This document shows positions 15,975 to 31,729 of a DNA stretch of 64,000 nucleotides, piece after piece (position 1 is the stretch's first letter; the number at the start of each line of letters is the position of its first letter). Position numbers and translations under genes: made by a program. Location: contig OX597827.1 in the NCBI GenBank assembly GCA_951406725.2, forward strand, positions 37,696,001-37,760,000, written 5' to 3'. Under the pieces are notes generated by a model, which did not search any database, had not been told where the DNA came from, and saw only the letters and a list, made by a program, of their open reading frames with translations. The stretch comes from Octopus vulgaris. Lineage: Eukaryota.

Positions 15975-16600
15975 CAAAATGCTTAGCGGTATTTTGTCTA
16001 CCGCTACGTTCTGAGTTCAAATTCCGCCGAGGTCGGCTTTGCCTTTCATCCTTTCGGGGTCGATAAATTAAGTACCATAACGCACTGGGGTCGATGTAAT
16101 CGACTTAATACCTATGTCTGTCCTTGTTTGTCCACTCTATGTTTAGCCCCTTGTGGCTAATAAAGAAATAGGTATTTCGTCTGCCGCTACGTTTTGAGTT
16201 CAAATTCCGCCGAGGTCCACTTTGCCTTTCATCCTTTCGGGGTCGATAAATTAAGTACCAGTTACGCACTGGGGTCGATCTAATCGACTTAATCCGTTTG
16301 TCTGTCCTTGTTTGTCCTCTCTGTGTTTAGCCCCTTGTGGGTAGTAAAGAAATAAGTATTTCGTCTGTCTTGACATTCGGATTTCAAATTCTGCCGAGGT
16401 CGGCTTTGCTTTCATCCTTTTAGTGTCTATAAATAAGTACCCTCGAAATTGCTGGCCGTGTGTCAAAATTTGAAGCCGTTATTATTTATTATTGGTACTA
16501 ATGGTGGTGGGCTGGCAGAAAAGTTACCACGCCGTACAAAATGCTTAGCTGCATTTCTTCCCACTTAATGTTCTGTATTCAAATGCTGCCAAGGTTGACT
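15975..16600 (+). mobile_element. Tandem SINE units (~184 bp); two carry the GCCCCTTGTGG-N-TA(A/G)TAAAGAAATA tail
   Basis: Units end at 16170 and 16354; further degenerate units follow. Confidence 0.85.
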
Positions 16601-16665
16601 TTGTCTTTCTTGTACCGTGATACTTTTTCAACTTCACTCCAGGCGAGAGAGTTAATAAAAACTGT

Positions 16666-18145
16666 GGAGCTTCTTTAGAAACGCCCCTTTCCAATTAATG
16701 AAGAAAAATAAATAATGTATGCAAGAAATTAGAAAGATTCATACATTTTTTTTTTATATTTTACACTAAAAAATAAAACAGAAACGGGAAACGGGCACCT
16801 GTGGACAATCTACTTTTACCAATCAGGTACTATTAATGATACGCGGGGCCCGACAATATCGTTTGCAAATTCTTGATTGTTTTTTATCAGATTTTTTTTA
16901 CTGCGCACACTCGTTAGTTAGGGTTAGGGTTAGGATTAGGGTTAAGATTAGTTAAGGTTAGGATTAGGGTTAGAGTTAGTGTTAGGGTTAGGGTTAGAAT
17001 TAGGGCTAGGGTTAGTCAAGGTTAGGGTTAGTTAAGATTAGGGTTAGCGTTAGGGTTAGAATTAGGGTTAAGATTAGTTAAGGTTAGGATTAGGGTTAGA
17101 GTTAGTGTTAGGGTTAGGGCTAGAATTAGGGCTAGGGCTAGTCAAGGTTAGGGTTAGTTAAGATTAGGGTTAGCGTTAGGGTTAGAATTAGGGTTAAGAT
17201 TAGTTAAGGTTAGGATTAGGGTTAGAATTAGGGCTAGGGCTAGGGCTAGTCAAGGTTAGGGTTAGTTAAGATTAGGGTTAGCGTTAGGGTTAGAATTAGG
17301 GTTAAGATTAGTTAAGGTTAGGATTAGGGTTAGAGTTAGTGTTAGGGTTAGGGTTAGAATTAGGGCTAGGGCTAGTCAAGGTTAGGGTTAGTTAAGATTA
17401 GGGTTAGCGTTAGGGTTAGAATTAGGGTTAAGATTAGTTAAGGTTAGGATTAGGGTTGAGGTTAGTGTTAGAGTTAGGGTTAGAATTAGGGTTAGGGCAA
17501 GTCAAGGTTAGAGTTAGTTAAGATTAGGGTTAGCGTTAGGGTTAGAATTAGGGTTAGTTAGGGTTAGGATTAGGATTAGGGCTAGGGCTAGTCAAGGTTA
17601 GGTTTAGTTAAGATTAGGGTTAGCGTTAGGGTTAGAATTAGGGTTAGTTAGGGTTAGGGTTAGAGTTAGTATTAGGGTTAGGTTAGATTTAGGGTTAGGA
17701 TTAGGGTTAGGTTTAGGGTTAGGGCTAGGATTAGGGTTGGGGTTAGGGTTAGATGGTGATCACGCGCTTTATTTCGCCCATTTTATGATATTGTGATAAA
17801 CGACAAAAATAATTATAAAACAACAGAGTAAGGCGTACGCAAGTTTTGTAATTTTTATTTTTGTTTTTCAAGAAACAGATTGTGAAACGGTCTTCTTATA
17901 ATTCGCAACCGATATTGTCGGGCCCCTCATATCATTAATAATACCTGATTGGTAAAAGTATCGCCCAATTCCACATATATTCCACGAGTGCCCGTTCCCG
18001 TTTCTGTGTTATTTTTTAGTATTAAATATTTAAAAATGAATGTATCTTTCTAATTTTTTGCATGCATTATTTATTTTGCATATATTATCCGTTTTCATAA
18101 CATTTTCTTCATTTATATAGAGAGGTGCGTTTCTAAAGAAGCGCC
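16666..18145. mobile_element. Non-autonomous TIR (foldback) element, Merlin-like, filled with telomere-like repeats
   Basis: ~200 bp imperfect TIRs (16666-16870 and ~17900-18145), GG..CC termini, 8 bp flanking near-duplication aaaactgt/aaagctgt. Confidence 0.7.
16915..17752 (+). repeat. Degenerate (TTAGGG)n array with ~126 bp higher-order unit
   Basis: agattagttaagg recurs at 16945, 17071, 17197, 17305 and 17431. Confidence 0.9.
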
Positions 18146-18307
18146 AAAGCTGTTGTCAATAACGAGACAGAAGGGGATTCCAAAAACCTGGTTTTCGGCA
18201 TTCAGATACTATTAATAACAAGAAAACAATAATTATACCTATTTCGTGGGCGGGGGATGTTTTTTGAGGGTTTTTTTAAATTTCAAGAAAATATAAACTT
18301 CTAGAAT

Positions 18308-18472
18308 TGGTGCGGTTGTGCGGTAAGAAGTTCGCTTCTCAGTTACATGGTTCCGGATTCAATCCCACTACGTGGCACTTTGGGCAAGTGTCTTCTACTA
18401 TAGCTCTGGGCAGACTAAAGCTTTCTAAGTGGATCTAATTGTGAGAAAGGGTTAGGGTTAAGAATCATATCG

Positions 18473-18540
<68 letters not shown>

Positions 18541-18745
18541 CGCGTGTGTGCCTTTAAATTTGAGTTTGTCCCCCACCACAGCTTCACAACCGTAACTTAG
18601 CAATATAGCAAAAGATACCGATAGCATAAGTACCAGGCTTTAAAAAATTATTACGGTTGTCGATTTGTTCGACTAAACCCTCTAGTGCAATGCTCCAGCA
18701 TGGCCGCAGTCCAATGACTGAAAGCACCAAAAGATAAAAGAAAAT
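18308..18745 (+). mobile_element. tRNA-derived SINE
   Basis: Homologous to 9283-9695. Confidence 0.75.
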
Positions 18746-19419
18746 AAGCTTGTATGTTTGTCTCTCTATTCTTTGACAATGATATCCCTAATATTCTAAG
18801 ACAGTGAGACTTTGTCGCTTTTAGAGATTTCTTGTTTGTTTTGTACTCTCTGTTTTATACATCAATCTGGTAGAATTTATTTATACACACTTTTCCAGTG
18901 TATATCGTTACTTCTGATCTGTCTGCCAATAAAACTGTTTCATTTTGTTTAATTCTTTACTGAGATAAGGATATCATGAATAGCAGTCTAGAGTCGTGCA
19001 TGGTCGAATGATTAAGAAGTTCGCTTAAACCTCAGGTTCGATCCCCACTGCACAGCTTGCTGGATGGATATCTTCTACTGTAGCTTTATCAATAAAAGAA
19101 ATGCAACAGAATTGGCCCGTCGGATAGATTATAATTAAAAGGATAATCCTTTTCCCTTACAATGCTATGAGGAGTCTGGGTGAGGATTTTGTACAGGGCA
19201 CACTTATGTGCGAAATACCATAATATACGGTACTCTATAATACAAAGAATGTGTGCTTCAGTTGATCAAACAGCGGGATTGTTCATCATTCAAACCGACA
19301 CAGAATCTATTCAGCTAAACCGAAACAAGACAACGGTTTTGATTCCTACTTAGCCCAGTGTCACCGAAAATCTTCATATTCAATTCTAATATATTCGGAA
19401 TATTGGCATCATTAAAGAC

Positions 19420-19630
19420 TGTGAGCTGGCAGAATCGTTAGCACGCCGGGCATAATGCTTAACGACATTTTGTCCGTCTGTACGTTGAGTTCAAATTTCA
19501 CCGTGGTTGACTTCATTTTCATCCTTTCGGGGTCGATAAAGTAAGTACTAGTTGAGCACTTGAGTCGATTTAATCTACTTGACCCCGCCCTCAAAACTGC
19601 TGGCCTTGTGCCAAAATTTGAAACCAATAT
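19420..19630 (+). mobile_element. SINE
   Basis: gagctggcagaatcgttagcacgccggg..gagttcaaat..ggccttgtgccaaaatttgaaaccaat. Confidence 0.75.
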
Positions 19631-20469
19631 TGGCATCATTAGACTGTCGGTGGTGCCCCAGCATGGCCGCGGCCTTCGGGCTAAAACATTTTTAAGGATT
19701 TAAGGATTTAAGTCTTTTATAAGGCCAATACTTGGAGCTAACTAGCTTAAAGTCACGCAGAAGAAAAGGTGAGAAATGATTCTAGATTCAAGGTGTTCAT
19801 TTCTATAAAGGTAATATTTTGTGTAATAAAGAAAACAAAGAGCTATAGTGACCTACCATCTAATGGGAAATCCGTTTTCAGTAATTTCACTTTCTCACCT
19901 CTCAGAAAGAATTTTGTATACCTCATTTAGACACACTTTCCAGTGCATATCGCTGCTTCTGTTCTGTCTGTAAATATAATTGTTTTATTCGGTGTTGAAT
20001 AACAAGTTTATGAACTTCATTTTACAAAGACATATTTTTGTTTGTTTTGTTTTTTAGTTTGTTTTTTTGTCTTTTTTTCTCCGTCTCTAATATAAAGGTG
20101 AAGATGTGTAGTCTAGTTGTTAAGGTTTTGCACTCATGGTTGCAAGAACATGGCTTCGATTTCCCAGGTACATTATGTTCTTGAGAAAAAACTTCATTTC
20201 ACGTTACTCTAATCGAATCCAAGAGAGGTTTCGCTTCATGTCGAAATTACTGTCGTTTTCAAGTTTTCAGGAAATATACCAATGCGTAGTCTTTTCTTGG
20301 TATACTGAGTGTTTCACATACAGGTCTTCTTTGAACTGTATAAGTCCAGCAGTTTTGGGCTGTACGGGAGGTCATCGGGAAGAGAGTGTATCCTGAGGAG
20401 CTCGCTGCCGACACGTTGGACACTGAGAACAAAATTTTTCGGTACAAAATTCAGGTTTATATTTTTGCT

Positions 20470-20910
20470 GAAGTTGCTTAACAAGTACTATCTGAGAGAG
20501 ATTATGCCACATTCGCAGGCTGTCAACACTGATCTCAAGCCCCTGCCTCCTTCGTCTCTCTTAAGTAGAGCCTGTGGACCTTATTATTTCTATGGACATT
20601 TCCAGTTGATATCAGGAACTTGCGGATTTTAATGTCTAAAAAATAGATTTCTTCCACAGGTCAATCAAGTATCCGAAATGCTGGAATCAGCAGTGGTACT
20701 GCAAATGCACTGTGGGATATTTTCTTGTACGTGGACAGTTCTGACTGCCATATTTTTCTATGGCCTAATATTCTCGGGTCATTCCATCTTTATTCACAGT
20801 ACCTTCGTATTATATATTTTCATCAGCACATTCTTTGTGTTGGATAAGGGAGACATAAACATTTCTTTTGGCTAAATTCTATTCCTATGTCAGCTGAAAA
20901 TATTATTAAT
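20470..20910 (-). pseudogene. Degenerate RT fragment of a second, older R4/Dong-like family
   Basis: Minus translation FSADIGIEF..KC / RKIWQSELSTYKK..AFAVPLLIP..LDIKIRKFLISTGNVHRNNKVHRLYL..GGRGL aligns with FSDDIGMEF..RAVLKSELNARNK..IDRKIRKLL..HPKADVDRLYL..GGRGL of the 28617-31046 ORF; contains stops and frameshifts. Confidence 0.75.
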
Positions 20911-21372
20911 TCCATGTATGTATGCATCAATGTATGTATGTATTATGTATGTATGTCTGTCTGTATGTGTGTATGTATCTATGTATTTATGCATGTATGT
21001 ATGTATGTATGTATGTATGTATGTATGTATGCATGTATGTATGCATGTATGTATGTGTGTATAAATATTTAAATACCTGAAGGGCAGCCCAGTTGACTCT
21101 GTCTACATATAATATGATACTCTTGAGTAAAGTTTAAATTTCTTCTTTAAACACGATTTGTTTATTATTCTTAAATTATTAAATATCTCACACACCCACA
21201 CACACACGTATGCAATACAGACATACACATATGCACTTAACACACATTTGTCTCGCGTGCGTTTTATCTTTCAGTCCGCTGAATGTGTCTATCTATTCCT
21301 CAATTATACAGTCAATACCGCTATCAATAATTCACACATACACACACATACGCACACACACACACACACAAC

Positions 21373-21418
<46 letters not shown>

Positions 21419-22239
21419 TCTAATACGTACACACCACTTTGCTTTTCAGCTCTTTTCTGCGCATTGTTATAGTTATTGGGTATTTGGGTATTGTTATGTT
21501 AATAATTAGTACACAATTCTCATGGAAAATGCTAGGTTCATTATGAGCTGTCTGCTGATTACTATGTAAACTACCTATTCTTTGAGAGAAAAAAAACGGT
21601 CCTATCCTCCTTCTCTGACATATTAGGCTGAGTACGGGTATAAACTCACAATACTACCTCAGCACGTACATCAAATGTGGCTTGTAGATATTTCGCAGTC
21701 ACTTGACCTCAATAAATAGGTTGTTCTTCAACTATTTAACATAATCAAGTAGTATCTAATTTAAGAGCGATATGTAAACAGGAAATTATTTACATGGCCT
21801 AATTTGACAGAGACCACAAGATCTGTTTAGTGTAATCGGCAATGACGGTTCGATAATTGATCGTTTAGCAGACATTACATACTTGTTTCGAGTCCCACTA
21901 TAAACCCTAGCCTCTTATTCATCTTTTCTAGATGGTACTAGCAAATAACTTAAATATGTGTGTGTCTTGGAGAGAAAGAAAGAGAGCACTTACATTTACA
22001 TATTTAAATAAGTGCGTATGTGTGTGTGTATATATAACAATAATAATAATAATAACAATAATAATGAATATTATTCTAAACTTACAGGGAAAAATTCAAT
22101 TTAGTAATACTAAATCTTGGCACGATATGAACTCTAATGTAAAGATATAGAACTGAAAGAAATGACACCAGCATTTTGTCTATCGCGCTAACGATTCTGC
22201 CAACTTGCCGCCTTCTTTAACACTAAAACTAATGTAGTT

Positions 22240-22710
22240 TTTTTATAAAAGGCTTCCATAGTGAATAGCGTCACTAATTCTTTAATTGATTAACAGGCAA
22301 AGGGATATGAGAGAGCTACAGAATCAGATATAGAGCACATGTTTCACAGTAAAAGAATTCGCAAAAAAAAAGTTTAAGGTGTGTTGATGAGGTTCCAAGT
22401 ACAGTTGACCGAATATTCGACTTGACTTTTTATTCTTTATCGGAGAGATTTTCACAGTTACAATCACTAAATAACATATGGGAGTCTTTAAATAGCATAA
22501 AATATTGAGCAGATTAAAAATAAACTAAGATGCCAAAACTTTGAAGATAAGGTACCAAGAAATATCGTGATATTAACGGATGTGATCTCTTGACTGAAGT
22601 AGATATTATTACCTGAAAATGTAAAGCTTCCAATAGAAGCCATTAGATTCCTCAACTCTCATAAATTACAAGATGTCTTGCTAAAATTGGAGGTTGCATT
22701 CAGAATTTAA
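22240..22710 (+). pseudogene. hAT-like transposase relic (C-terminal region)
   Basis: Fragmentary translations IEHMFHSKRIRKKK, SLSERFSQLQS and LEVAFRI resemble hAT C-terminal motifs. Confidence 0.5.
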
Positions 22711-23643
22711 TTAGGTCTGTCATGAACCTTAGGACTCATAAGACCGGGGCTTAATCCCGTTTCATGGCATATAAGTGACTGAGATTACAACATTCCTCCC
22801 TGAACGGGACGCCCTAATCTGTCATGGAACACATTTACAGCTAGGTGGACCCCAGTGGTCAACGTGTACTAGACAATGAAACGGGAATCGAAACCACCCT
22901 AACCACTAGGCCAGGTACCTTAAGCATTAAGAATAATACCTATAACTGTGTCTATACGAGAGAAAAGCTCTATTAAAGTAAAGCCAATAAAGATATATTA
23001 TCACACGACGCAAGAAGCGAGACAAACTGGTGGGGAAGAGCAATTTTATCATGAGAAATTATACTGTAAAAATGAAAATTTTTACATTTCTAAAGTCGAA
23101 AAGATATATTTAAGTCCGAACAATGTGTAGTTGTTTCATTGTTTATATTCTTTGAATCTTTGGCATAAAGTACGTTACACGGGCAGATCAATGGTACTCT
23201 TCGAACATTCCTTCACCCATTCATTCTCCATTGGGTGTTCATCTTAAAAATGTATCACGATCATAGCTAAATAGTGCTGACACTTTCCTTCTGCCTATTG
23301 CAATTTTTGCGATATAAACTAGTCTATCATATATCTGTGTTTGAGTACATGCTTATCAGCATCTCTCTCTCCCTTTCTTTTCCCTTTTCGTCTTCTCTTC
23401 TTCATTTCTCCTCCTTTTCTCTCCGTTTCCCTTTTTCTTTATTTTTCTTCTCTTGCCTTAGTATTTTTCATCTCTTCATGCCTTTTGAATTTTTTCTCCT
23501 TATGCCTTTTGTATTCTCTCTCTGCTTATTTCCTCGTGTTCCTTTCTGTTGAAGAGCGTAGGCTCGAAACGTAAAAGACTTTCTCACCTTTCCAAGCGTT
23601 AAACTAATACACCTGTCTTCGTCTTTTGTTTTTCTGTAAATTT

Positions 23644-23686
<43 letters not shown>

Positions 23687-23689
<3 letters not shown>

Positions 23690-23720
23690 TAGCTGTTGGA
23701 CCCGGCCTTGCCCGTGTTTC
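23687..23720 (-). mobile_element. Helitron-like 3' terminus
   Basis: Minus strand cacgggcaaggccgggtccaacagCTAGt: imperfect GC hairpin followed by CTAG. Confidence 0.5.
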
Positions 23721-23819
23721 CCGTGTTGAAGTTAAGCCCACCTCTGACCTTGTATTGAAATCTTCTACGTTCCCCGTGCCAACTATTACCCATTAAGATG
23801 CTATATACACATATATATG

Positions 23820-23851
<32 letters not shown>

Positions 23852-23969
23852 TGTATGTATGTATGTATGTATGTATGTATGTATGTATGTATACACACAC
23901 ACATACACAGAACGGATTTTATATAATAGATATATATAAAATAAAACAAGGAAAGGTAAGAGATAAGAA

Positions 23970-24150
23970 CAATGTTTTCCTTGGTAATGGCAGTTACTGG
24001 ACGTCCAAACCTAAGGTCATCTTCAAAACTCTCCCCCACATCTCCGGATGTAGTAACCATGTCAGCATGAATGTCGTTGGGGTGGGGGATTAGCCCTTTT
24101 TCTGCAGGTACTTGATAACACCACGATGCCAAATTTTGTCCATTTTCAAA
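23970..24150 (-). pseudogene. mariner transposase N-terminal relic
   Basis: MDKIWHRGVIKYLQKKG..DIHADMVTT..ESFEDDLRFGRPVTAITKENI (HTH plus GRP linker), internally deleted. Confidence 0.75.
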
Positions 24151-24630
24151 AGAAGTTGCTACTTGTTACTTTTGAAGTCTTCTTTGAACAATCAGATGTC
24201 AATTTACCTGGAAAGAAACAATGCAGTTAAATATAAAAAGCTTTGAAATTAATGAGAAGACGTGCAATGGTTGTTATAAAATGGAATGTTAGCAAAATAA
24301 AACAGTTAAACATGCATCTGAAGAAATCCGCATCTGGCTGGCAGGTGAGGTTGGTGGCATCAGTCGTTTAAGAATCGAACTACACACTCCTTGAATCTCA
24401 GCCAAAAACAAGTAACTCTACACCTTGCAACCAAGAAATATTCATCCATTAAATCATTTTTAAACATGAAATGAAATAACTCTGTCGACACCCTCACCCC
24501 TCCAATATATATCAAGAAACATTGAGATGCTGTGTAAAGGCTAGAAATAGCAGCCAAATCTCCCTCCAACCACACTCTACTGTTTTCAACAAAAGAACAT
24601 ACAGTGCAATGCAAACCATGATCTTTTATA

Positions 24631-24852
24631 TTGAGTTGTCCGGAAAGTTCGTGCCGATTTTTAAAGGAAAGAAAAAGGTCAATAAATATTTGCCATTACA
24701 TTTTTAATCAACAAAATATGAACCATTTTGTTGCACCGGTCTCCATCTTTCCTTTAACTTGAAAATACCCTCTTCCCAGAATTGAGGTGCCTGGGAGGCT
24801 AAGTCGAAAGGTAAGCTACTTTAAATCAGCACGAACTTTCCGGGCAACCCAA
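24631..24852 (-). mobile_element. Internally deleted mariner (MITE) with TIRs and TA target duplication
   Basis: TA|ttgagttgtccggaaagttcgtgccgattt ... aaatcagcacgaactttccgggcaacccaa|TA; internal minus-strand QFWEEGIFKLKERWR..QNGSYFVD* is a mariner C-terminus. Confidence 0.85.
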
Positions 24853-25584
24853 TACATGAAAAAATTACGAAGATGGAATGTCTGAGCTTATACTAATTTC
24901 TTCGTTTCTTCTTGAAATGTATGTGCTTGTGTGTGTGTGTGTGTGTGTGTGCATGCATAATTTTCGGTTTACGCAATGGAAGCTGTATTGAGTTAAAACA
25001 GGCATTTATGTTACATACTTAATAATTTATAAATACTCCATTGACAGACAAGCTACTACGGTTTTTATCCGAGATAAAAATCTTTTGAGAGCGTGCCATG
25101 TTTAAAAGCACAGTCGTTTCAGTCGTGGTTAACGGGAACACCAGAAGCATATCGGTCTTGTCAGTGGTGTATACTCGCAGCTAGTCATATGCCTGAACGA
25201 GATTTGTCGCCACTGATACAGAAAACAGTAAATAATACATAAACTGATATTGCGAATAGCAGCCAGGCTGAATAAATAATCCGGTGTATGCGATTGAAGC
25301 AGTATTAAATTAAAGTACCCATCAATATATTATGATTAACCCTTTAGCATTCAGATTACTCTTTCAAATTTAATACTTATTTATTCACATTGTTTTGAAT
25401 AAATCATGCATCAGCCCATAACTTCAATATTTTAATGATGGAGTAACTTATTCTTAGATTGACGTTGTAGAATAGGTGAGAGATGCCAGATCTGGCCAGC
25501 ATTAACATAAAACAGGATATTTTTGGCTGGATATGGCCGGTTTAAGCACTAACTGGTTTATATACATACACACACGCACGCACG

Positions 25585-25663
<79 letters not shown>

Positions 25664-26147
25664 GAATTGATTCAACTATCCAGGCGTCAACAAACACTTC
25701 CTTGCAACAATGTAACATTTCATTTAATCAAGATATCCACGGCCTGAAGTGTAGCCTGAAGTGTACACCTCGATCCGCTCGCTATGAAACATATGTAGCC
25801 CAGATCTTATCTACTCCATTGCTTAACACTTGGATTCTTGTTCGCACACCCGGCAACCTTGGTCGCCTCCCGTGAAATATAAAAAGAACTTTTTCAGCTT
25901 ATCGTACTTCGATACGAAAAACTCGCCAACCTTCTGACTCAATAAACCACTATTGTCCATGAAAGTCGTTTTTTACGGATTGCTTGAATCTAACTTTCTT
26001 CCTACACTTCGATCCGTGGATCTTACATTTATATATATATATATACGCACACACATATATATACATATGTGTATACACACTCACACACATATACACGCGC
26101 GGGCGCGTGCAGAGATGCATATAGTGCTCTTGGTAGCCGCTGGCGGA

Positions 26148-26304
26148 ACGACTTTTGTCTCCCTCCGATATATGTTGCGTTTTTAAACATATCACGTCCA
26201 TAAGAGATTATATCTCGGACGAAAACCAGTGTAACTTGCCTATCATTTAAATAAGATACGTATAAGTTATACATAGATATGTATTCTTATAGAAATACAC
26301 GTAT

Positions 26305-26402
<98 letters not shown>

Positions 26403-26717
26403 TCTCTTTTACTTGTTTCAGTCATTTGACTGCGGCCATGCTGAAGCACCGCCTTTAGTCGAGCAAATCGACCCCAGGACTTATTCTTTGTATGCCCAGT
26501 ACTTATTCTCTCTCGGTCACTTTTGTCCCCCTAGCATTGCTTGACAACCGATGCTGGTGTGTTTACGTCCCCGTCACTTAGCGGCTCGGCAAAAGTGACC
26601 GATAGAATAAGTACTGGGCATACAAAGAATAAGTCCTGGGGTCGATTTGCTCGACTAAAGGCGGTGCTTCAGCATGGCCGCAGTCAAATGACTGAAACAA
26701 GTAAAAGAGAGTAAAAG

Positions 26718-26780
<63 letters not shown>

Positions 26781-26932
26781 TGTATTTCTATAAGAATACA
26801 TATCTATGTATAACTTATACGTATCTTATTTAAATGATAGGCAAGTTACACTGGTTTTCGCCCGAGATATAATCTCTTATGGACGTGATATGTTTAAAAA
26901 CGCAACATATATCGGCGGGAGACAAAAGTCGT
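26148..26932. repeat. Large palindrome (inverted duplication of a SINE 3' half plus flank)
   Basis: 26148-26526 is the reverse complement of ~26590-26932; spacer ~63 bp. Confidence 0.9.
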
Positions 26933-27443
26933 CCGATTTCCACTCATATAGTAATTTATCTTTTCTAAAACTTTCGTTGCGTCCTGCAACTTTTTCAATA
27001 ATTGTTGACTCAGTCCATTATCAGAGCTGCGTTCTTTTGGTTTGTTTATTTGTGCGCATGTGTATACGTCAGTGTGCATGTACATGCACATATGTATGTA
27101 TACATGTATGTATGAGTGTGTATGTATGCATGTGTGTATGCATATATATGTATGCGTGTGTGTACGTTTGTATGTATGTATTCTGCATATTCATGTGTTT
27201 GTGTGTTCATTTTTGTGTGTTTGTATGAGTGTGTGCGTTTGTATTTGTGTGTACTTCTGTCTCCTTGTGTATGCATGTTTGAGTGTGTCTATGTGTATGG
27301 ATTTGTATGCCTGTACGTGTGTCTGTTATGTATGTATGTGTGTATGTGTGTGTGTCCTTGTCTGTCCGTATTACCTATGCATCTATCTACCTATTTATCT
27401 ATCTGTTTACTTACATATCCATTTACTTACACGCACACATAGT

Positions 27444-27990
27444 TTAACAAAGGAATCAATGGTTGATTCAGCAAAATGGTAATGTGAAAATTATAAGATA
27501 ATTAAAGGTGCCTAGACGCAATTTAAAGCCAACAAGGAAATGATTCACCTTCACTAAAAATGACTAAGGCTGCTGGGTAGCACCGGCATTGCTAGAAACA
27601 AAAGAGTAAAAGACTTTAACCACGTCAAAAGCACTGTTCTATGTACTGACAAGGGAGACAACAATTATAATTTTCACATTGCCATTTTGCTGAAACAGCT
27701 ATTGGTTCTTATGGTAAATTCTGTAAAGACTGACAAATGGAATTCAGCTTCACTACCAGCATTAGAGTAGCACTACCGATGAGCATTAATTTCATTCGAA
27801 ATTGGCGTGCCAATCTCATGCCCTCACTTTCTGTGGGGAGGTTGTCTCCCTTGTCAGTACATAGAACCGTGCTCAGTTCGGGGCTAAAGAGTCTTTAACT
27901 CTTGATTTTAGCAATGCTAGTACCTCCCTGCACGTTTAGTCACTTTTAGTGACAGTGAATTTTTCCTTTTTTGGTTTTAAATTACATCTA
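27444..27990. repeat. Interleaved degenerate inverted repeats (probable old MITE)
   Basis: 27444-27495 inverts to 27664-27720; 27512-27662 inverts to 27841-27990. Confidence 0.7.
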
Positions 27991-28041
27991 ATTATTTTAT
28001 ACATGTGTGTGTATAAGTGTGTGTGTGTGTGTGAATCAAGA

Positions 28042-28328
28042 CTAACTAAAGCCAATGAACACTGACTGTGCGATTAAGATATCTGTTTCGCAACTCAGTG
28101 GTTTTGGCGTCATATTCCACACCATTTTGGTGTCTTCTAGCCTAAATTCGGGTCGGCCATTAACTTGTAAGTGGAATCGGAGTAAAAAGTCGGTCAGACT
28201 AACACTTCCTTTTCTGGGTTTACCACTCACACTACTACCCAATAGCCTTTGGGAATCTAGCTTAGGTACCTGGTCTGAAGACAACTTCTTATCTTCTCTC
28301 CCACCACCTCGCCCAATTATCGAATGCC
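28042..28328 (-). CDS. Possible terminal coding exon of an unidentified host gene
   Basis: Minus-strand acceptor gtcttttcAG followed by an open frame HSIIGRGGGREDKKLSSDQVPKLDSQRLLGSSVSGKPRKGSVSLTDFLLRF..FIGFS*; non-repetitive composition; no recognised domain. Confidence 0.35.
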
Positions 28329-28390
28329 CTGAAAAGACTCACAAAATGCAGTCTGTTTTATCATTATTATTATTGTTGTTGTTGTTGTCG

Positions 28391-28427
<37 letters not shown>

Positions 28428-28454
28428 CATCATCATCATTATTACTATTATTAT

Positions 28455-31175
<2,721 letters not shown>

Positions 31176-31729
31176 GAGTGAGAGAGCAGTTCATGCCATC
31201 AAAGTGACACTGGGGTAAAATATACGAAGCCCAATATACCCATCATGACTACCCGTCTGATAAGGGCACACCAGGCACATGCATCACAACCATATGTGTG
31301 CGACATGGTGATCTCATATCAAGATAAACAGCACATGACCTTGCAGGTGGGGCCCAGTTAGAATTTTCTTCAGGTTGAGTAGCCCATCCCGCTCAAACGG
31401 TCCCTGAATAAGGGTTGTTTAAGGATGTTGAAATAACCACCCATGTTTCCAGAGGTGAATTATTCAAACCCCAAAGAATCCCTCTCAACACATGGCTATG
31501 ATGCTCCCCCACTACTTCTGCTTGTGATCAGAGATGCACATATCGTCAGCCACTAAGGGACATGCTCAACTGGTTAAGGTCAAACAACTGACAAACAAAT
31601 CTGTGGTATTGAGCAGAATATTTGCTGTAGCCCATCTTTTATACCAAGACAAAACAATGTACATGATAACACTTCCAAACAGTTAAGATCAGAAGCCATG
31701 AGAGCCATTGCCTGGTACTGCATCAGGGC

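Noticed and set aside
16915-17752. True telomere or chromosome fusion site
   Set aside because: Degenerate, single orientation and enclosed by TIRs
18885-19990. ~60 bp diverged direct repeat (18885-18945 and 19931-19988) as duplicated exons
   Set aside because: Real similarity but no convincing splice sites or reading frame
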